Positions 63,877 to 64,000 of a DNA stretch of 64,000 bases are shown in pieces. The stretch is from Haliotis rufescens (lineage: Eukaryota). The stretch is taken from the NCBI RefSeq assembly GCF_023055435.1, contig NW_025964354.1, positions 2,108,001 through 2,172,000 of the forward strand. The letters are read 5' to 3'. Each line of letters opens with the position of its first letter. The stretch's first letter is position 1. A model generated the notes under the pieces. The model worked only from the letters and a program-made list of their open reading frames with translations, searched no databases and was not told the DNA's origin. The position numbers and the translations under genes were made by a program.

Positions 63877-64000
63877 TGACATGGTATTGTGAACAGTTCA
63901 TATTTTCTAATATTCTGAAAAAATGTTTTTAGAAAAAAATATTTGTTTAGGCCAAAATGAGCAGTAACAGCACAGACATAAAAAAATGGGTATTCATGAC

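Larger units (their letters stand above)
60950..64000 (-). mobile_element. Unclassified DNA-transposon-like element with GTAACAG(G/C)AC(A/G)GAC subterminal repeats
   Basis: About 14 motif copies in both orientations, clustered at 60966-61712 and 63487-63977. They flank a decayed minus-strand coding remnant (FFWPRILKDKCWYKHEDIIAIIPEP, ~62130-62205). Confidence 0.5.

Overview
AT-rich, intron-containing animal DNA. The SINE types and the Ig family suggest a mollusc, possibly abalone-like; this is an inference. Positions 1 to ~55,945 are a head-to-tail array of four 12.5-16 kb units. Each unit carries one + strand gene for a type-I immunoglobulin-superfamily receptor: leader exon, two V-like exons (V1, V2), four C2/I-type Ig exons, an FnIII exon, a TM exon and three cytoplasmic exons. 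I reconstructed the exons by hand from GT/AG boundaries and phase; the leader of copy 1 lies just before the window. The V-like domains lack the canonical B-strand Cys and C-strand Trp. Instead they carry a fixed-length C-x11-C-G loop between the F and G strands, which is the most divergent segment between paralogues. The tail combines ITIM-consensus, ITAM-like and YVNM motifs. V1 and V2 are only 52 nt apart, both begin with a signal-peptide-completing (G/A/C)-E-S, and V1 is damaged in a different way in all four copies. This suggests alternative, possibly mutually exclusive, N-terminal V exons. The paralogues are mosaics of one another. Introns and spacers hold a DD34E Tc1 element (copies 2-4) and three SINE-like families with TSDs. 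Positions ~56,000-64,000 contain decayed transposons (Crypton tyrosine recombinase, piggyBac C-terminus, a probable CACTA end, an element with subterminal repeats and a 48-bp minisatellite) and a perfect 73-bp palindrome. No rRNA, true tRNA or CRISPR array was found.
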